Source of the DNA: an uncultured Candidatus Actinomarina sp.
GTDB lineage: Bacteria > Actinomycetota > Acidimicrobiia > Actinomarinales > Actinomarinaceae
Direction of reading: 5' to 3'
DNA: 64,000 nucleotides
Assembly: GCA_902534495.1 (NCBI GenBank)
Contig: CACAQC010000002.1
Span: 14,517 to 78,516, forward strand
Shown: piece after piece, positions 59,952 to 64,000 of the stretch
Position numbering within the stretch: the stretch's first letter is position 1
Layout of the letters: every line of letters starts with the position of its first letter
The notes under the pieces: generated by a model
Told to the model about the DNA's origin: nothing
The model's input: only the letters and a program-made list of their open reading frames with translations
Database searches by the model: none
Translations under genes and position numbers: made by a program

Positions 59952-60875
59952 ATGAAAGTATTAGTAGTTGGTTCTAGTGGCTTTCTTGGAAGATGGGTAA
60001 AAAAATTATTACTTGAAGATAATAAACATGATGTAATTGAAATTCATGGAAAAAAAGATTTAGATATTACAAACATAAAAATCCTGAATGATTTTTTTCT
60101 AGAACATAAACCACAAGCAGTCATAAATTGTGCCGCTTTTGTAGGAGGTATCTCATATGGTTATAAATTCCCAGCAAAAATGTTATCTGAAAATACAAAA
60201 ATGGCGTTGAACTTATATCAAGTTTCAAATGAAAATAAAGTTTCTATATTAATAAATCCAATTTCCAATTGTGCTTATCCAGGGAATTTAGATACATACA
60301 AAGAAGACCATTTTTTCGACGGTCCTCCTCATGATTCTGTTTATAACTACGGGATGTCAAAAAGAATGTGTGTTGATTTAGGCAGTAGTTTTTTTAAAGA
60401 GTATAATTTTTCTTCTGCAAATATCATACTGTCAAATATGTACGGCCCAGATGATCATTTTGATGTTGAGAGATCCCATGCACTTGGAGCATTAGTTAAA
60501 AAAATATCTGATGCAAAAATGAATAGCGAAAACATTGTTGAAATTTGGGGCACAGGAAAGCCAATTAGAGAATGGCTCTATGTTCAAGATGGTGCTAATG
60601 CATTGGTTAAATCTTTAAATCTAAAAAGTGGGCATCATTTTTTTAACGTTGGTGTAAAAAAAGGAATATCAATTATTGATTTAGCAAATATTATTAAGAA
60701 ACAAGTTGGATGGGAAGGAGAGTTTTCATTCAACATAGAAAAACCAGATGGAGTTTTGGAAAAAAAAGTCGATGGTACAAAGGGGTCTCTACTTTTAGAA
60801 TGGGAACCAGAGTTTGAATTAGAATATGGCATAGAGAAAACTATAAATTGGTATAAAGAAAAGCATGGAAGATAA
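59952..60875 (+). CDS. GDP-4-keto-6-deoxymannose epimerase/reductase (GDP-L-fucose synthase Fcl-like, or Rmd-like reductase)
   Basis: Extended SDR, 307 aa, VLVVGSSGFLG...YGMSK, immediately after gmd. Confidence 0.65.
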   Translation: MKVLVVGSSGFLGRWVKKLLLEDNKHDVIEIHGKKDLDITNIKILNDFFLEHKPQAVINCAAFVGGISYGYKFPAKMLSENTKMALNLYQVSNENKVSILINPISNCAYPGNLDTYKEDHFFDGPPHDSVYNYGMSKRMCVDLGSSFFKEYNFSSANIILSNMYGPDDHFDVERSHALGALVKKISDAKMNSENIVEIWGTGKPIREWLYVQDGANALVKSLNLKSGHHFFNVGVKKGISIIDLANIIKKQVGWEGEFSFNIEKPDGVLEKKVDGTKGSLLLEWEPEFELEYGIEKTINWYKEKHGR

Positions 60876-61290
60876 ACATATAAAACATATCACTACAAAT
60901 GGAGAAATCTATGCTTCAATTTTTGACATTAGCAAAATGCCTGAGGGTCTAGATTTTTTAACTAATGATGAATCTTTCATTCAAGTAGGTACGTGGAATT
61001 ACAAAAAAAATAAGATTTTAGACGCACATTTTCATAATTACTTTGATAGAAGTTCATACAGAACACAAGAAGTTGTTTATGTATTACAAGGAAAAATTAA
61101 ATGTAATTTATACGAAGAGGACGCAACATATATTGGCTCTGCCATCGTTGAATCAGGAATGATGATTGTTCAATACCAAGGAGTTCATGAATACGAAATG
61201 ATAGAAGACTCAAGGGTTTTAGAGGTAAAAAATGGGCCCTATCATGGACCAGATAAAGATAGAACACGGGTAAATGTCAGAAAAAATTAA
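60865..61290 (+). CDS. Small cupin protein; candidate NDP-4-keto-6-deoxy-sugar 3,4-ketoisomerase (FdtA/WxcM-like)
   Basis: 141 aa; AHFHNY...QEVVYVLQGKIKCNL resembles the FdtA metal-binding HxH region; followed by a DegT aminotransferase. Confidence 0.4.
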   Translation: MEDKHIKHITTNGEIYASIFDISKMPEGLDFLTNDESFIQVGTWNYKKNKILDAHFHNYFDRSSYRTQEVVYVLQGKIKCNLYEEDATYIGSAIVESGMMIVQYQGVHEYEMIEDSRVLEVKNGPYHGPDKDRTRVNVRKN

Positions 61291-62362
61291 TCAAGTAGAG
61301 CCAAACATTTCTGAACAAGATATTCAGAGGGTCAGTGATTATATGTCTAGCGGTGCTTGGATCACTGAGCATGCACTTACTAAAGAACTAGAAGAAAAGA
61401 TAGCACATTTTGTTGGTCGCAAATATGCAATTGCAGTACCTAATGGAACAATTGCTATTTATTTGTCATTGCTTGCTGCAGGATTAACTGAAGGCAAGCG
61501 AGTCGCAGTTCCTAATATTACTATGATTGCAACAATCAATGCCATACTTTGGGCAGGTGCTGAGCCAGTAATAATTGATTTGAATGAGCGATTATGCATG
61601 TCTCTAAAGTCATTACAAACAGTAGATAAGCTCGACGGAGTTATATATGTGCCTTTGAATGGCAGAACAGAAGACGGCTTAGCAATAGAAGAGTACTGCA
61701 AGGAAAGAAATATAACACTAATTGAAGACTCTGCACACGCTCTTGGTTCACAGTATCAAGATAGAACGTGCGGATCACTTGGAAGTATGAGTGTATTTTC
61801 TTTCACACCACATAAAATCATCACGATGGGACAGGGAGGACTAGTCCTAACTGATGATGATAGTCTTTATGAGTATCTTCTAGATTTAAAAACATTTAAT
61901 AGATCAAAAGACAAAAGTGATTGGCACGATGGATTTGGACTAAATTTCAAAATAACTGATTTACAATCTGCATTGGGCCTTTCACAGTTTGAAAAAATTA
62001 ACGAATTTATAAATATAAAAAAAGAAATGTTTCAATTTTTTGAAAGAAGTATTAAAAAATACAATTTTATTGATTTTTTTGAATATGAAACTCCTTGGTT
62101 TGTAGATTTAATTTGTGAATCGGAAAAAGAAAGAGATAGTGCAAAAGCTTTTCTGGGGGATGCCAATATTCTAACAAGAGAATCCTATCCAGCTTTGAGC
62201 AAACAAAGTTTTTTACAAAATGTTGAGAAAACGAACCTAGAACTTTCTGAAAATATTTCTGAACATATTCTTTGGTTACCTTCCTCTACAAATTTAACAA
62301 AAGACCAAATGCAAGAAGTCGTTGATAAGGTTACGACATTTTGTGCAACAAAAGAATATTAA
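61274..62362 (+). CDS. DegT/DnrJ/EryC1-family sugar aminotransferase (third copy; perosamine-synthase-like)
   Basis: PLP fold with SVFSFTPHKIITMGQGG (Lys). Confidence 0.8.
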   Translation: MSEKINQVEPNISEQDIQRVSDYMSSGAWITEHALTKELEEKIAHFVGRKYAIAVPNGTIAIYLSLLAAGLTEGKRVAVPNITMIATINAILWAGAEPVIIDLNERLCMSLKSLQTVDKLDGVIYVPLNGRTEDGLAIEEYCKERNITLIEDSAHALGSQYQDRTCGSLGSMSVFSFTPHKIITMGQGGLVLTDDDSLYEYLLDLKTFNRSKDKSDWHDGFGLNFKITDLQSALGLSQFEKINEFINIKKEMFQFFERSIKKYNFIDFFEYETPWFVDLICESEKERDSAKAFLGDANILTRESYPALSKQSFLQNVEKTNLELSENISEHILWLPSSTNLTKDQMQEVVDKVTTFCATKEY

Positions 62363-62365
62363 AAA

Positions 62366-63049
62366 ATGAGTACAAAAGATACAAAATTACTTGATGTTTC
62401 CTTAATTATTGCAACGTATAACGAAGAAGAATCACTTGGCTATGTTCTTAATGAGATTAAAGATTTTAACATTGGTGAAATTATTATTATCGATAAAAAT
62501 TCTACAGATAATACAAAGAATATTGCTGAAAAATACAGTGTAAAATTTATCACTCAGTCACGAGAAGGCTGGGGAGGGGCCGTTAAAGAAGCCATTGAAC
62601 TTTCATCCAAAGAATATATTACTTATATGGATGGTGATGGATCTTATAATCCGAAAGCTTTATATGAAATGAAAAATCTTATCAAAGACCTAGATGCTGT
62701 TTTCTGTTCAAGGTATAAAGATGGTACAAAAAGTCCAGATGATACCTTCATTAGGGCATTAGGAAATAAGTTTTTCACAGGATTAGTAAGATTTAGATTT
62801 GGATGCGATATAACAGATTCTTTATTTTTCTATCCAATGTTTAACAGAAGAATTTTGAATTCCGTCAGTTTAAATTCAGATGATTTTACATTATGTCTTG
62901 AATTGCCTGTTAAAGTTCATCAACAAAAATTAAGATATACTGAAATATTGAGTGAGGAAAGAGAAAGATACGCTGGCAAAACAAAGGTAAATGCATTAAT
63001 CGATGGGCTCAAAATTTTAATAGGTATCTTTTCGATAAAAAAATTATGA
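62366..63049 (+). CDS. Glycosyltransferase family 2 (DPM1/GtrB-like catalytic domain)
   Basis: VSLIIATYNEEESL and a DGDGS region. Confidence 0.75.
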   Translation: MSTKDTKLLDVSLIIATYNEEESLGYVLNEIKDFNIGEIIIIDKNSTDNTKNIAEKYSVKFITQSREGWGGAVKEAIELSSKEYITYMDGDGSYNPKALYEMKNLIKDLDAVFCSRYKDGTKSPDDTFIRALGNKFFTGLVRFRFGCDITDSLFFYPMFNRRILNSVSLNSDDFTLCLELPVKVHQQKLRYTEILSEERERYAGKTKVNALIDGLKILIGIFSIKKL

Positions 63050-63588
63050 AACTGCATTTAGGTTGTGGAGAACGATATTTAGAGGGGTATACACATATAG
63101 ACCTTGCTGATTTCGAACATATAGATTACAAAATGCCTGTAGATAATCTATCAATTTTTGAGAATAATTCGATTGATGAGATCTATGCTTCACATGTTGT
63201 TGAGTATTTTGACAGAGATGAAGTCAAACTCCTATTAAAAGAATGGAATAGGGTTTTAATCGATGGTGGAATTTTGAGAATAGCAGTACCTAATTTTGAG
63301 AATCTCATAAAAGTTTACGAAATGACAAGCAATATTGATAATATATTAGGTCCATTATATGGAAAATGGAATGCAACAAACGAAAATACAATATATCACA
63401 AAACAGTCTACGACAAAGATAGCCTCACAAAAGTTCTTCAAGATGCAACTTTTAGAGAAGTTAAGGAGTGGGACTGGAAGTCTGTTTTCGCTTCAATTGA
63501 TTACGATGACCATTCACAAGCTTATTTTCCACATATGGATAAATCTGACGGAATACATGTGAGTTTGAACCTGGAATGTATTAAGTGA
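63046..63588 (+). CDS. Class I SAM-dependent methyltransferase
   Basis: LHLGCGERYLEGYTHIDL glycine-rich motif. Confidence 0.65.
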   Translation: MKLHLGCGERYLEGYTHIDLADFEHIDYKMPVDNLSIFENNSIDEIYASHVVEYFDRDEVKLLLKEWNRVLIDGGILRIAVPNFENLIKVYEMTSNIDNILGPLYGKWNATNENTIYHKTVYDKDSLTKVLQDATFREVKEWDWKSVFASIDYDDHSQAYFPHMDKSDGIHVSLNLECIK

Positions 63589-64000
63589 TACAAACAAAAT
63601 ATAGAATACACTTTTTCGTAGCATCCCTCCTTCATTTTCTTATTTTTATTCCATTTATAGTTCAAAAATTTATTGGACCAGATTGGGATTCTTATGCACT
63701 TCTTGGTACAGTCATGAATTTATATGAAGACTCACTTTATCTTCCATCAAGACCTCCAGGATTTCCATTGTATGAATTTTTTTTAACATTTGTTTATGGT
63801 CTTTCCAATTATCTAAATCTTAATTTTGAAACTTTATTTCTGATAAGCCAATTTATCTTTGTAGTAGGGAATAACTTCATAATTCTTAATTTTTTCCAGA
63901 AACAATCTTCACAAAGAATTTTTTTATATTACATTATTGTTTTTTCGCCTATTTATTTAACAAGTGGTTTATCAGTAATTGATTATCACGCTGGATTATT
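63585..64000 (+). CDS. GT-C fold glycosyltransferase (ArnT/PMT-like), N-terminal fragment running off the window
   Basis: GTG start overlapping the previous stop; first extracytoplasmic loop YEDSLYLPSRPPGFPLYEFF resembles the GT-C DE...PPL signature; hydrophobic. Confidence 0.45.
   Translation, partial: MIQTKYRIHFFVASLLHFLIFIPFIVQKFIGPDWDSYALLGTVMNLYEDSLYLPSRPPGFPLYEFFLTFVYGLSNYLNLNFETLFLISQFIFVVGNNFIILNFFQKQSSQRIFLYYIIVFSPIYLTSGLSVIDYHAGL

Noticed and set aside
1-64000. CRISPR arrays, rRNA genes, and integrase/transposase genes
   Set aside because: Scanned for regularly spaced direct repeats and for recombinase/transposase motifs; none found. No repeat-spacer structure. No tyrosine or serine recombinase motifs in any frame near the tRNA cluster.

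Overview
This is AT-rich bacterial chromosome with a conserved left half and a low-GC cell-surface glycan island in the right half. Two features suggest a low-GC actinobacterium, possibly a streamlined marine lineage: a WhiB-type regulator, and the gene order rpsF-ssb-rpsR-rplI-dnaB. The organism assignment is tentative.

The first ~28 kb carries core genes: ribokinase, msrA, panB, ribosomal proteins, dnaB, selA/selB, Mrp, IscA, glnII with a GlnR-like regulator, and argS. It also carries a complete phosphotransferase system (EI, HPr, and a glucitol-type EII with a split SrlE and GutM). That PTS is wired to an IspD-family cytidylyltransferase, a COG4091-type dehydrogenase, E1 alpha/beta subunits of a TPP-dependent 2-oxoacid dehydrogenase, and a stand-alone lipoyl-domain protein.

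From about 30.5 kb to the end of the window there is a large glycan biosynthesis island. It contains GT4, GT2 and GT-C glycosyltransferases, three DegT aminotransferases, two formyltransferases, GDP-mannose 4,6-dehydratase and a reductase, an MBOAT/AlgX-like acetylation pair, methyltransferases and a flippase. Four tRNA genes (Phe, Asp, Lys, Arg) sit inside the island, plus a 43-bp duplicated tRNA-Phe 3' half that looks like an integration scar.

The most striking element is a fosfomycin-like early phosphonate module embedded in the glycan island. It consists of a Fom1-type cytidylyltransferase-PEP mutase fusion, a phosphonopyruvate decarboxylase and an Fe-ADH-type reductase. These sit next to a TagF-like phosphotransferase and a membrane sulfatase-like transferase. 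I read this as a candidate system for decorating a surface polymer with 2-hydroxyethylphosphonate through a CMP-activated intermediate.
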